Shown in pieces: positions 8,143-16,789 of a stretch of 33,295 nucleotides of DNA. Each line of letters starts with the position of its first letter. Within the stretch, counting starts at the first letter, position 1. This DNA is from Candidatus Aenigmatarchaeota archaeon (lineage in GTDB: Archaea > Aenigmatarchaeota > Aenigmatarchaeia > CG10238-14 > SCSR01). Position numbers and translations under genes: made by a program. The notes beneath the pieces were generated by a model. It saw only the letters and a program-made list of their open reading frames with translations, was not told the DNA's origin and did not search any database. The DNA lies in NCBI GenBank assembly GCA_038999725.1, contig JAWBWS010000005.1, forward strand, positions 1 through 33,295, given 5' to 3'.

Positions 8143-9372
8143 CTAAACTTTAAAGACATCATACGTCTCTTTCAACAAATCAAGCAATTCATTTAAACCT
8201 CCCTGCCAATTTCCACCGGCTTTTATAAATGCTTTACAAATGCTCTTTTCTGTTTTAAAAGTGGAGGGCTCAGTGCACATTTTCTCACGCCAACATCTGG
8301 GACCAATTTCTTTCCTCAATTCTACATGTTTTGCTAGCTCTTCTGTTATGGGAATTCCCACCTTATTTCTTATTTCCCATTGTGCGGTCCCTTCTGACCG
8401 TGTTCTTGATGCCTCAACTACACTCACACCTTTCCCATAAATTTTTCCTTTTGCCAATTGCCCAAGTAGAAGAAAATAAGCAAAGTTTGGGTCTTTTTTC
8501 TCTATCAATTCAATTTGTTTCTCTTTTGCCTTCTCTGCTATCTCTCTATACTCTTTCCTTACCGTCTCTGTAAATGTTGGGGGGACAACAAAAACTCCTC
8601 TTTCGGCAATTTCCTCCATTGGTGCAAGTAGACAAAGAAATCCCCGCTCCCTTACTAACTGTGCATACATAGCCAAGCTTCCTTCAACAAACATATCTAA
8701 GGAGATTGAATAAACATCTCCATTACAAGTGAAGAAAGTCCTCTCATCAATTTTCTCCTTGCCAAAAAATTTCCATTCTGAAGCAGGGTATTCTTCTGGT
8801 ATTTCCAATCCAAATTTTTCTTCTACCACTTTTTTAATTTTCTCAGAAATTTCATTAAGCTCTTGTAGGGGTGCTCTTTTTAAAGAATTTGCTATTTTTG
8901 CATAATATCTGGGTGGGGCGGAAAATATCATCCTTGTTAGCGTTCCCTCTGGTAGAAGATATCTTGCATCCTCTTCTGGAATACCTTGGGCGATTGCCTT
9001 CTCATATGTTTCGAAAGCCAGTTCCCCAAAGCCAGAAACTATTTCATGATATCTAGCTGGTTTAAGCACACGAAGTGAGGCTTCAATCCCAGCACCATAA
9101 ACCAAATTACCCGAACTGACATTCCGCCAAATGTAAATTGTTGCAAGTCGTGAAATTTCATCAAGAACTATAGCATGATCTGAAAAGTCGCCAAAAATAA
9201 GATGTCTATACTTTTTCATTATTCTGTTGACAAGTTTTTTTGATTTTTCAATATCTCTCTCACATTCTTCATAAAGCTCTTGAATGTTCTTCTCGAATGG
9301 GCTACGTGAAATCTTTGCAGCTAAGGCAGCAAGCATAACAGGCTCATTTTCCCAAAAATAGAATTTCATCAT
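8143..9372 (-). CDS. thyX: FAD-dependent thymidylate synthase ThyX-like protein with two fused Thy1 domains
   Basis: ISR, EASLR and GIPEEDARYLLP in the N-terminal half; AQLVRER, R...AQWEIR and GPRC in the C-terminal half; about twice the usual length. Confidence 0.8.
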   Translation of the reverse strand: MMKFYFWENEPVMLAALAAKISRSPFEKNIQELYEECERDIEKSKKLVNRIMKKYRHLIFGDFSDHAIVLDEISRLATIYIWRNVSSGNLVYGAGIEASLRVLKPARYHEIVSGFGELAFETYEKAIAQGIPEEDARYLLPEGTLTRMIFSAPPRYYAKIANSLKRAPLQELNEISEKIKKVVEEKFGLEIPEEYPASEWKFFGKEKIDERTFFTCNGDVYSISLDMFVEGSLAMYAQLVRERGFLCLLAPMEEIAERGVFVVPPTFTETVRKEYREIAEKAKEKQIELIEKKDPNFAYFLLLGQLAKGKIYGKGVSVVEASRTRSEGTAQWEIRNKVGIPITEELAKHVELRKEIGPRCWREKMCTEPSTFKTEKSICKAFIKAGGNWQGGLNELLDLLKETYDVFKV

Positions 9373-9488
9373 TTTTCTTTAAAAAATAAAAGTATTTAAA
9401 CTTTGGTAGTGTGGAAAAATTTTTTGTAAATCACCAGTTTTTAAGTGGAATCATCTTGAGCTAGTTTTATCACTTGTTAAAATGTTAG

Positions 9489-10241
9489 CTATAAAGCTAA
9501 GAATAAAGTTAGAACTCCAATCAACCAACAATAGTAGGCAAATTTATAAAAACCACCTTCTATAACAGATTTGGCTATTAGCTTGAGAGTAAAATAGCCA
9601 ACAAGAGCCGAAACTAAAACTCCGACTAAAACAATCTCAATTGGCTCTTGATGAAAATCAATCTCCCCAAACTTAAGAAAACTTGTCCCAAAAATTGCAA
9701 CAATAGAAAGCAAGAAAGAAAACTTGTAAGCCTCTTTTTTATCAACCTTTCTCATCAAAGCAAGAGAAATTGTTATCCCACTCCTTGAAATACCAGGAAT
9801 CAAAGAAAAAACTTGAGCCAAACCTATCATAATAGCATCAGAAAGCTTAACTCTTCTCTTTGGTTTAGAGAATTTTGTCAAATATAAAATTATTCCATTT
9901 ATAAGCAAAGCAAAACTAACAACAAACAAACTTGAAAAAAGTTGCTCAAAAAAGCTTTTGAAGAGAAGACCAAAAATAGCTATTGGCAAACTTCCCACTA
10001 TAATATAAGCAGCCAATTGCCTGCTTTTCTCATCAAATTTCAAAAGCTTGACTATATCCTTCCTTAAGAAGTAAATCACACTAAATAAAGTGCCAAAGTG
10101 AAGCATGACATCAAAGGCAATAGAAGCTCTTATACCAAAAAGTTGTTGGAGGATTACTAAATGGCCTGAGCTTGAGATTGGAAACCATTCCGTTAAACCT
10201 TGGATTATCGCTAAACTTAAGGCTTCGAACAGATTTAACAT
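9489..10241 (-). CDS. uppP: Undecaprenyl-diphosphate phosphatase (BacA/UppP family)
   Basis: IIQGLTEWFPISSSGHL and PGISRSGITI signature motifs; multiple transmembrane segments. Confidence 0.95.
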   Translation of the reverse strand: MLNLFEALSLAIIQGLTEWFPISSSGHLVILQQLFGIRASIAFDVMLHFGTLFSVIYFLRKDIVKLLKFDEKSRQLAAYIIVGSLPIAIFGLLFKSFFEQLFSSLFVVSFALLINGIILYLTKFSKPKRRVKLSDAIMIGLAQVFSLIPGISRSGITISLALMRKVDKKEAYKFSFLLSIVAIFGTSFLKFGEIDFHQEPIEIVLVGVLVSALVGYFTLKLIAKSVIEGGFYKFAYYCWLIGVLTLFLAL

Positions 10242-10256
10242 AATTATCTTGTGATA

Positions 10257-10667
10257 TTACAAGTTTTTAAGTGCTTGCAAATATTTCTCTATGTCCAAAA
10301 TTCCATGGAAGAAAATCTTAGACTTTTTATCAATCAAGAACTTACACTCGCCATAACCAGGTATGAGTTTTAAAATACCAAATTTTTCCATGAATTCTTC
10401 CAAAATTTCAACTGGTCTCATCTTTGCAATATTAAGACCGTCTAAAAGTCGTGGGAAAATTTTGTAAGCGGTTGAAAACCTTACAATCTTATCTTCCATC
10501 TCAAAGATTATGAGGATGTAAAATTTTCCAAAATTTTTTATTGAAATGCATTTGTTTATTACAAAATCTGTGGCATCTGGTTTGTTAAAAGTTTCTAGAA
10601 TAAGTTCTTTTGGTGTCCCGAGGAGTTCGTGAAATCTCTCTATAAGCTCACTGAAGATGAATTGCAT
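10257..10667 (-). CDS. Hypothetical protein
   Basis: 136-aa ORF, co-oriented and tightly packed between neighbours. Confidence 0.65.
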   Translation of the reverse strand: MQFIFSELIERFHELLGTPKELILETFNKPDATDFVINKCISIKNFGKFYILIIFEMEDKIVRFSTAYKIFPRLLDGLNIAKMRPVEILEEFMEKFGILKLIPGYGECKFLIDKKSKIFFHGILDIEKYLQALKNL

Positions 10668-10698
10668 TAAATTTTTTTAGTTATAGAAAAATAAAAAC

Positions 10699-11337
10699 TT
10701 ACAGTTTTACCAACTCTCCTTTCCTAAAAGGAATTATCTTCTCTATTTCTTTAAGCTCTATGGCCTCGGTTGCCTTAGAAATTTCAGGACAAACTTTTAG
10801 CAACAATTCTTTTTTTATTTCTTCAGCCAAAGCTTTAGCTTGAGTATCGCCTGGAACAAGAGTTACTAAATAAGGAGTATAAGCTTTAACTGCAGTTGGT
10901 GGCCCATATATAAGCTTAGCATTAAAAACTTTTTCCTGCTTTACCCCTATAGAAAGCCTTGGTTCAATTTTCTCCAAATATTTCCTTTCCCCAATAATCT
11001 CAAAAACTCCTTTGCATCCTTCCTTTGGTTTTTTTATTTGCTCAGGTTTAACATAGAAAACACTAACTTGCTCTTTATCCAGCTTTTTATCCCAAGCCTC
11101 TGAGTAGCAAGTAAGGAAAACAGCAGCTTCATAAATTGTTTCTGCGGGCAAAGGTTGAGCAGCATCATTCCTTATAACTGCAAATCGTGAAGCTAAATCC
11201 GAATGTAAAACTAAATCTTGCTCTCGGGTAAACCTTTTCAAAATCGTTTCATCATTCCTTGCATTTTTGCCCAATATTACCAGAATGTTGTTGCTTGAAA
11301 AAAACCAATAGTAACGCTCATACCATTTTTTACCCAT
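10699..11337 (-). CDS. Stand-alone NFACT RNA-binding (NFACT-R/DUF814) domain protein
   Basis: KKWYERYYWFFSS...GKNARND...DLVLH...EAA...YSEAW...VFYVKPEQI matches the C-terminal part of archaeal NFACT/RqcH proteins. Confidence 0.82.
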   Translation of the reverse strand: MGKKWYERYYWFFSSNNILVILGKNARNDETILKRFTREQDLVLHSDLASRFAVIRNDAAQPLPAETIYEAAVFLTCYSEAWDKKLDKEQVSVFYVKPEQIKKPKEGCKGVFEIIGERKYLEKIEPRLSIGVKQEKVFNAKLIYGPPTAVKAYTPYLVTLVPGDTQAKALAEEIKKELLLKVCPEISKATEAIELKEIEKIIPFRKGELVKL

Positions 11338-11368
11338 GATAATAAGATGACTTGAGTAAAATTAATTT

Positions 11369-11629
11369 TTAAATCAAATGATGGAGAATTCCAACCTCAT
11401 CTATTTGGCTGGCTCTAAAGCCTTTGAAACAACCATACCCTGCTATCGCCCTTTCTACAGAAGTTTTTATTCCATATCCTCTCAACCTGTTGCTCCTGTA
11501 GAATTGGTAATATATAGCTTGCTGCTTTTTCAAAACATCTGATGCCCCTTCTTTAGCGTACATGAATAAAAACAAAGTTGCTAAGGGGTGTGTTAATATC
11601 AAACAAAATCTTTTCAGCTCTTTTAACAT
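11369..11629 (-). CDS. Small hypothetical protein
   Basis: 86-aa ORF filling the gap between scpB and the NFACT-R gene on the same strand. Confidence 0.45.
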   Translation of the reverse strand: MLKELKRFCLILTHPLATLFLFMYAKEGASDVLKKQQAIYYQFYRSNRLRGYGIKTSVERAIAGYGCFKGFRASQIDEVGILHHLI

Positions 11630-11654
11630 GATTTTGTTTAAAAAGAAGAAAAAT

Positions 11655-12149
11655 TTAAGTTTTTCTCTCAGCTTCAGTCAAAATTTTCTTTATTTCTTCA
11701 CTACTCTTTCCAAAATATTTTTCAAACTCTAGAGTAGTTGAAAGAAGCTTTGTTCTTCCAAATTTTTCACTTTTTATCAATCCTTTCTCTTCCAAGCCAG
11801 CGATATAGCCGTAGGCTTTATTTCCTTGGATTTTCACTATCAACGATTGTTTTATGGGCTGCTTAGCTGCAACTATTGCAAGTGTACGCATCATCCCATC
11901 ACTCAAATCAGCAAAAGGTGCAAGTTTTGCAACCCTTTCCCTGTAATCTTGCTTCACTCTAAACTCAAACCCTTCTTTTGTCTCAACAAGCTCTATCCCA
12001 TGAGTCTCTTGCTGCAATTCAGTTTGAATTTTTAACAAAAGCTTCTTCACTTCTTCTTGATTTATTTCAAGAATTTTTGAGAGTTTTTCTACACTTAATG
12101 GTTTATCAGAGACGAAAAGAGCAGCTTCAAGCAAAGCTCTTGTGTTCAT
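11655..12149 (-). CDS. scpB: Segregation and condensation protein B (kite)
   Basis: LEAALFVSDKPL, TLAIVAAKQPI and TTLEFEKYFG motifs of ScpB. Confidence 0.94.
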   Translation of the reverse strand: MNTRALLEAALFVSDKPLSVEKLSKILEINQEEVKKLLLKIQTELQQETHGIELVETKEGFEFRVKQDYRERVAKLAPFADLSDGMMRTLAIVAAKQPIKQSLIVKIQGNKAYGYIAGLEEKGLIKSEKFGRTKLLSTTLEFEKYFGKSSEEIKKILTEAERKT

Positions 12150-12212
12150 AAAAATAAATTTACTTTTCGTATAAATGAAGTTTATTTAAAAATTTATTAA
12201 CATCTTATTTTT

Positions 12213-12488
12213 ATGAAGATAAAGATAGGTCGAAGTGTTATAAAAACTTTATACCATACTGATATAGGCCTTAAAAGAAGTGAAAAAATGAAGTTGATTA
12301 ATTTAATCAAACAAATTAAAAATAATGGATATGAAATTAAAATTTTGGAAGAGATAGAAAAAATTATTAATGGTTATGGTTATTCTATAAGAATTTATCA
12401 AATAGGAGACAAACTCACACTTGCATTCTTAAAAGAATCTAAAAAGGAAGAATACATAAGCATGTCTCCTCCAAAACGAATATATTAA
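12213..12488 (+). CDS. Small hypothetical protein
   Basis: 91-aa very AT-rich ORF with a TATA-like TTTAAAA about 27 nt upstream. Confidence 0.55.
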   Translation: MKIKIGRSVIKTLYHTDIGLKRSEKMKLINLIKQIKNNGYEIKILEEIEKIINGYGYSIRIYQIGDKLTLAFLKESKKEEYISMSPPKRIY

Positions 12489-12527
12489 AAATTTCTTTTA
12501 TTAAATAAAAATTCTTAAAAGAGTTAA

Positions 12528-13355
12528 ATGATCTTCGTAACAAAGTTTGACGGAAGAAGACAACCTTTCGATAAAAGCAAAATAATAACCACTTGCCTAA
12601 GGCTTAAAGCTAATTTAAAACAAGCTCAAAATATTGCCAACCAAATTGAAAAAGAAGCTTATGATGGTATACCAACTAGTAAAATTCTCGAGCTCATCTT
12701 CTCTTATTTGAAAGAGGTCAAACCTGAAATTAAGTATAGAATAGATTTGAGGGAAGCAATAAGCAGACTCAGACCAAAACCGGACTTTGAACTTTTTGTT
12801 GCCATGCTTTTAAAAGAATATGGTTATTCCGTTCAAGTCAACCAAATTGTCGAAGGTAAATGTGTGAGTCATGAAATAGATGCAATTGCTGTGAAAAATG
12901 GGGAAACGATTTTTGTTGAGGTTAAGCACCATTTACAACCCCACACTTACACAGGTGTTGATGTTATGCTTGAAACACAAGCAAGACTTGAAGATTTAAA
13001 AGAAGGTTTCAAGCTTCATAGACATGGTTTCGATTTTTCAAAGGCTTTGGTAATTTGTAACACAAAATTCTCAGACCATGCCTTGCAATATGCTGAATGC
13101 AAGGGAATAAGCTACATAGGATGGAAGGCTCCTCCCAATGCTGGGTTGGAAAAGCTTATAGAAGAGAAGAAGCTTTATCCCATAACTCTTCTCAAAAGCT
13201 TGGACTTTGAAACCGAACAAAAGCTTGGTGATGTTGGAATAGTGACATTAAATCAGTTGTTACAACATGACATTGAATTATTACATGAAAGAACAAAAAT
13301 CCCAAAGAATAAATTGAGGCTCTTGTTCACGGCAGCAAGAAAGATACTTGCTTAA
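12528..13355 (+). CDS. ATP-cone domain fused to a PD-(D/E)XK restriction-endonuclease-like (Mrr_cat) domain
   Basis: N-terminal VTKFDGRRQPFDKSKI ATP-cone; FE...HEIDAIA...FVEVK nuclease motif; C-terminal LYPITLL...GIVTL HhH-like tail. Confidence 0.85.
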   Translation: MIFVTKFDGRRQPFDKSKIITTCLRLKANLKQAQNIANQIEKEAYDGIPTSKILELIFSYLKEVKPEIKYRIDLREAISRLRPKPDFELFVAMLLKEYGYSVQVNQIVEGKCVSHEIDAIAVKNGETIFVEVKHHLQPHTYTGVDVMLETQARLEDLKEGFKLHRHGFDFSKALVICNTKFSDHALQYAECKGISYIGWKAPPNAGLEKLIEEKKLYPITLLKSLDFETEQKLGDVGIVTLNQLLQHDIELLHERTKIPKNKLRLLFTAARKILA

Positions 13356-14339
13356 TCATTTCAAAATCTGGTTGGCTTTCGGATGCTCCACAATTTCTTC
13401 AGGTTTCTTCCTCACTTTTCTCATCTTCACTTGCTTAACAATTTGCCAAACATTCCAGAAGATTATTATCAATAAGATTGTTGCTATTAGTGTTACCAGA
13501 GGATTTGCCTTAACAAAATCTTTCAAAGCCACAAAAGCGGTAGGCATCCCCACCTTTTCCATAATTTCTTCTTTAGCAGGAATTATGAAAGGTCCAGCTT
13601 TAGTTAAATTCAAGATTTCTTTTTTGTAAGAATATTCCATTAAAATTGAGATGTTACCACTTGTGTTTGTTGGTGTTAAAGTAAACACAACATTTTGAGA
13701 GCCACTTTCATTAATAACAAAACTTTGAACTTCAGGCTCAACTTTCCAATCTTCTGGAGCAATCACTTTCAAAGAGACTGGCCAATTGCCCAGGCCTTCG
13801 TTCTTAACTTCAAAGCTTATGTTGAAGGGTTTGAATTCAAAAACTTCTTCTGGAACTTCTATATCAGAAACTGAAATTTTTGGTGGTGTATGAACTCTCA
13901 AAACAAATAAAGTTGAATTTTCAACTTTCTTCCAGCTTCTCCATTCTTTCCCTGTCACATTGACAAGAAAAGCACCGATTTTTCCCTCTGGGGCTTTTAT
14001 TTCAATCCAGAACTTTTCTGGAACACGATAAACCCCTTGTTGGGGATTCCACTCCCTTCGAATTCTCAACTCTTCAAATCTCTCTGGAATAACTTTAACT
14101 TGAAAGTCTTCTGGCAATCCATCAACAGAAATGTTGAAATCACGAAGCCACCATAAACCGATGTTTAAAATTGTTCCATTTATTGTCACCTTTTCTCCTG
14201 GTGAGACATCAACTTCTCCTGGCAAAGTGATGATGAACCCTCTGAAAGGTCTAGGGGCCTGGACAAACTGAACAAAATTTGTGAAAATTATCAAGCCCAA
14301 AATAGCTACAATCAACCAAAGCTTTGGGTTCATTTTCAT
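13356..14339 (-). CDS. Secreted, membrane-anchored Ig-like (CARDB/NEW3-type) surface protein
   Basis: N-terminal signal peptide, two beta-rich repeats (VKNEG...PEDWKV), several NxS/T sequons, a C-terminal TM helix and a basic tail. Confidence 0.75.
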   Translation of the reverse strand: MKMNPKLWLIVAILGLIIFTNFVQFVQAPRPFRGFIITLPGEVDVSPGEKVTINGTILNIGLWWLRDFNISVDGLPEDFQVKVIPERFEELRIRREWNPQQGVYRVPEKFWIEIKAPEGKIGAFLVNVTGKEWRSWKKVENSTLFVLRVHTPPKISVSDIEVPEEVFEFKPFNISFEVKNEGLGNWPVSLKVIAPEDWKVEPEVQSFVINESGSQNVVFTLTPTNTSGNISILMEYSYKKEILNLTKAGPFIIPAKEEIMEKVGMPTAFVALKDFVKANPLVTLIATILLIIIFWNVWQIVKQVKMRKVRKKPEEIVEHPKANQILK

Positions 14340-14445
14340 ACCTATTAGTAATAAAACCTTTAAAGATTTAAGGGTATATGGACAAGATATAATAATTTTC
14401 TTCCTACTTTGTAGAAAAAAATGGGAAAAGATTTAAATATTTTAT

Positions 14446-14751
14446 CTAAAAAACCATCTCAAGTCTTGGAATTGTTGGTGGCACATTTTCGATTGAGCTC
14501 AAGCTTTCAACAAGCTTCTTTCCTTTAAGTGTCACAACATACATCTTACCGCGCTTTGCTATATAGCGATGTTTGAGCAAAACATCTAAATGTTTATATA
14601 TCTCGCTACTCCCAATCTTCACTTCATTCTTTTTAAAATTTTTCTCTATTTGAGTGTAGCTCATTGGTTGGTTGTTCAGGAAAAAGAGTAGCAAAGTTCT
14701 CTTTGGGGAAGCCAAAACCTCACTAATCTCGATTATGTTTACATTGTTCAT
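14446..14751 (-). CDS. ArsR/winged-helix transcriptional regulator
   Basis: LASPKR...MSYTQI...IYKHLDVL...YVVTLKGK wHTH pattern. Confidence 0.8.
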   Translation of the reverse strand: MNNVNIIEISEVLASPKRTLLLFFLNNQPMSYTQIEKNFKKNEVKIGSSEIYKHLDVLLKHRYIAKRGKMYVVTLKGKKLVESLSSIENVPPTIPRLEMVF

Positions 14752-14879
14752 AGTAATTACTTAACAGTAACTAAAGGATTTAAACTTTACTATTCTCCTC
14801 AACATCAAGAATTTTAATTAAAGTTTTGATGCTTTTGAGCTCAGATAAGTTTTCCCATCTTTAAAGCAGAATAGAAAAG

Positions 14880-15122
14880 TTAAATCTTTTTGTCATTGTT
14901 GTTGTTTTTCCTGATTTTTCTGTTTTCCCTTTCCATGAGAAGAAGAGCAACTTTTTCTTCAAGTTTGTCAAGGTCTTCTTCTATATCTTTAATTCTGTCA
15001 AGCAAGCGAGCAAACATTTCAGCTAGCAAGGCATAATTCTTTTCAAGTTCGATCAAGCTCATGCTTTTTGGTACAGCATTGCCAGTTATTATGTCCTTGA
15101 CAATTTTGTTTTCATCTTTCAT
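14880..15122 (-). CDS. Small coiled-coil hypothetical protein
   Basis: 80 aa with a heptad-rich C-terminal half; AGGT SD-like sequence upstream. Confidence 0.6.
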   Translation of the reverse strand: MKDENKIVKDIITGNAVPKSMSLIELEKNYALLAEMFARLLDRIKDIEEDLDKLEEKVALLLMERENRKIRKNNNNDKKI

Positions 15123-15210
15123 TTTACCTATGAAAATATTTTGGAAGAGGGTATTATAAATTAATTACTTTTCACTAGCGCCAAGTTATTACTCAAATGG
15201 TAAACCTAAT

Positions 15211-15594
15211 TTGACCCAAAACCAAAAGTTAATCATGAAAGATTGTGCATTGGAAGCGGTAAAAGAAATGATTGATAAAATGAGAAAAGAAATAGCAGAG
15301 ACTCAAAGAATTCCTTATCCCGAACAGATTGTTGTTGCAGAAATCTATAATGTTGTTTCAAGAGTTTTGTGTGAAGCTTGTAAAAGACAAGGAAGTAAGA
15401 AAGAAAACTGTAAACCAGAAGAAATGAAGAAGGGAGATAAATTAACTCTAGATGCTTACATTCTATTGAAACAACTGAAGGATGATAATCTTATCTCAGA
15501 AGAATATTATGAGAAATTGTTTGAAGGTTTGATAAAAATCAAACCAGAGCTTGAAGAACAGGTTAGAAAAGATAAAGCGAGGGGGTTAATTTAA
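15211..15594 (+). CDS. Hypothetical protein (true start may be the ATG at 15235)
   Basis: 127-aa ORF with purine-rich, K/E-rich coding composition like the other genes. Confidence 0.65.
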   Translation: MTQNQKLIMKDCALEAVKEMIDKMRKEIAETQRIPYPEQIVVAEIYNVVSRVLCEACKRQGSKKENCKPEEMKKGDKLTLDAYILLKQLKDDNLISEEYYEKLFEGLIKIKPELEEQVRKDKARGLI

Positions 15595-15640
15595 CTTAAT
15601 GTTAGTTCACTTTTCCAACCAATGAGAAATTTTTGGAAAG

Positions 15641-15893
15641 AGAAGAATTAGCTCACAATACCGGTGTCGATTTTTTCTTCAGTTTATTCCAATTTTGAGG
15701 GAGGGTTTCAATTAATAGTAAACCTCCTTTCTCATTGGCAAGAAATGCTGAAAATAAGAGCAATTTTTTGGTCATCCTTTGGAAGAAAAAGAAGGAATCA
15801 TCCCAAACTAACCCTTTGGTGTACAATTATTATTAATAAAAAGCCTTACTGGTGTATTGTACAACCACAAGGGTAGGGACTGCATACTCTTCT
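15641..15893 (-). ncRNA. Candidate structured non-coding RNA (~250 nt) with a kink-turn
   Basis: Terminal helix AGAAGAGU/AUUCUUCU, three internal hairpins, K-turn UUUGG-GAU-GA-U-UCCUU...AAGGA-U-GA-CCAAA, and a TATA (ATTTAAAC, 15915..15922) with A-rich BRE about 25 nt upstream. No credible ORF. Confidence 0.65.
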
Positions 15894-15959
15894 ATACCTT
15901 TATTGGCAAAACTTGTTTAAATATTTTTCTGTCAGCAAACTATAACAAACATAAAGCTA

Positions 15960-16376
15960 TTACTTACTTTCCTTGCTTTCAAAAACAGATGGCAAGTGAA
16001 TGAAGTAAACTTTCCCCTTTTCCAAAATTATCAAGGGCTTCTTCTGCATTAAAGCATCCAAATTAATTTCGTAAACTCCTTCTCTTGGTATTCTCACGGT
16101 CTCGATTCCAAATTCAATCTTCTTTTCTCTCTTCCTCCCCACCTTTTTCTTTTTCTCAACAACAAACTCTTCCCTCCTTTCCACTATCTTCTTAGAAATC
16201 TCTTTCTCCAATGTTGTGTTTTTGGCTTCAAGTTCTTTCTCTATTTCACTTGCTTGGACAAAATCTTGCTGATCTCTCAAATAAAGAAAGAAAATAGATC
16301 CACAGTTTGCACAACCCCTAAGTATAGAAGAATCGTCATCCTGATAAATCGCACCACATCTCACACATTTGTGCAT
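15960..16376 (-). CDS. oapC: OapC/DUF2072 Zn-ribbon protein
   Basis: HKCVRCG...ILRGCANCGSIFFLY and ETVRI..GVYEINL motifs; last gene of the GTPase-DUF2073-Zn-ribbon trio. Confidence 0.88.
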   Translation of the reverse strand: MHKCVRCGAIYQDDDSSILRGCANCGSIFFLYLRDQQDFVQASEIEKELEAKNTTLEKEISKKIVERREEFVVEKKKKVGRKREKKIEFGIETVRIPREGVYEINLDALMQKKPLIILEKGKVYFIHLPSVFESKESK

Positions 16377-16789
16377 TATTTAACCTCTGCTAAAACCGAG
16401 AAAGAATTTGGATTTTTCTTCACCTGTCTTATGTATTTTGCTGGTCCTATCAAGGTTAAGCCTGTTTTTAAGCTTCTGGAAGCTTTGTCCCCTCTCAAGC
16501 TGGCGAAGAAAATCTTTATTTTATCTTTCTGCTCGGAAAATTTTTCTATGACTTTCGCCATCCCACTCACAGGTTTTTTTAAACTTGCAACTTCTATACC
16601 TGGAAATCCATCATCAACCCTTCTCATCGTCTCTTTTACCAATTCCATCTCTTCTTCAGGGCTCATCACACCATCTGTGACTAAAATTGTTCCATCTTTA
16701 ACTTTGTTTAGAATGAAGTCTATTCTCTTCTTCATTGGCTTTCCCTCTAAAATTGCAGAGGAGACAAAATCAAACTTTAGCTTCATCAT
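16376..16789 (-). CDS. oapB: OapB/DUF2073 protein
   Basis: MSPEEEMELVKETM...FPGIE and GLTLIGPA motifs; overlaps both neighbours. Confidence 0.88.
   Translation of the reverse strand: MMKLKFDFVSSAILEGKPMKKRIDFILNKVKDGTILVTDGVMSPEEEMELVKETMRRVDDGFPGIEVASLKKPVSGMAKVIEKFSEQKDKIKIFFASLRGDKASRSLKTGLTLIGPAKYIRQVKKNPNSFSVLAEVK

Noticed and set aside
15664..15876. 70-aa + strand ORF
   Set aside because: GTG start, atypical composition, and it lies entirely within the structured RNA candidate; probably spurious.
15641..15893. Identification of the candidate RNA as RNase P RNA, SRP RNA or a lysine riboswitch
   Set aside because: No GAGGAAAGUCC/ACAGAA conserved regions, no SRP helix-8 motif, no AGAGGUGC lysine core, and no co-oriented gene directly downstream.
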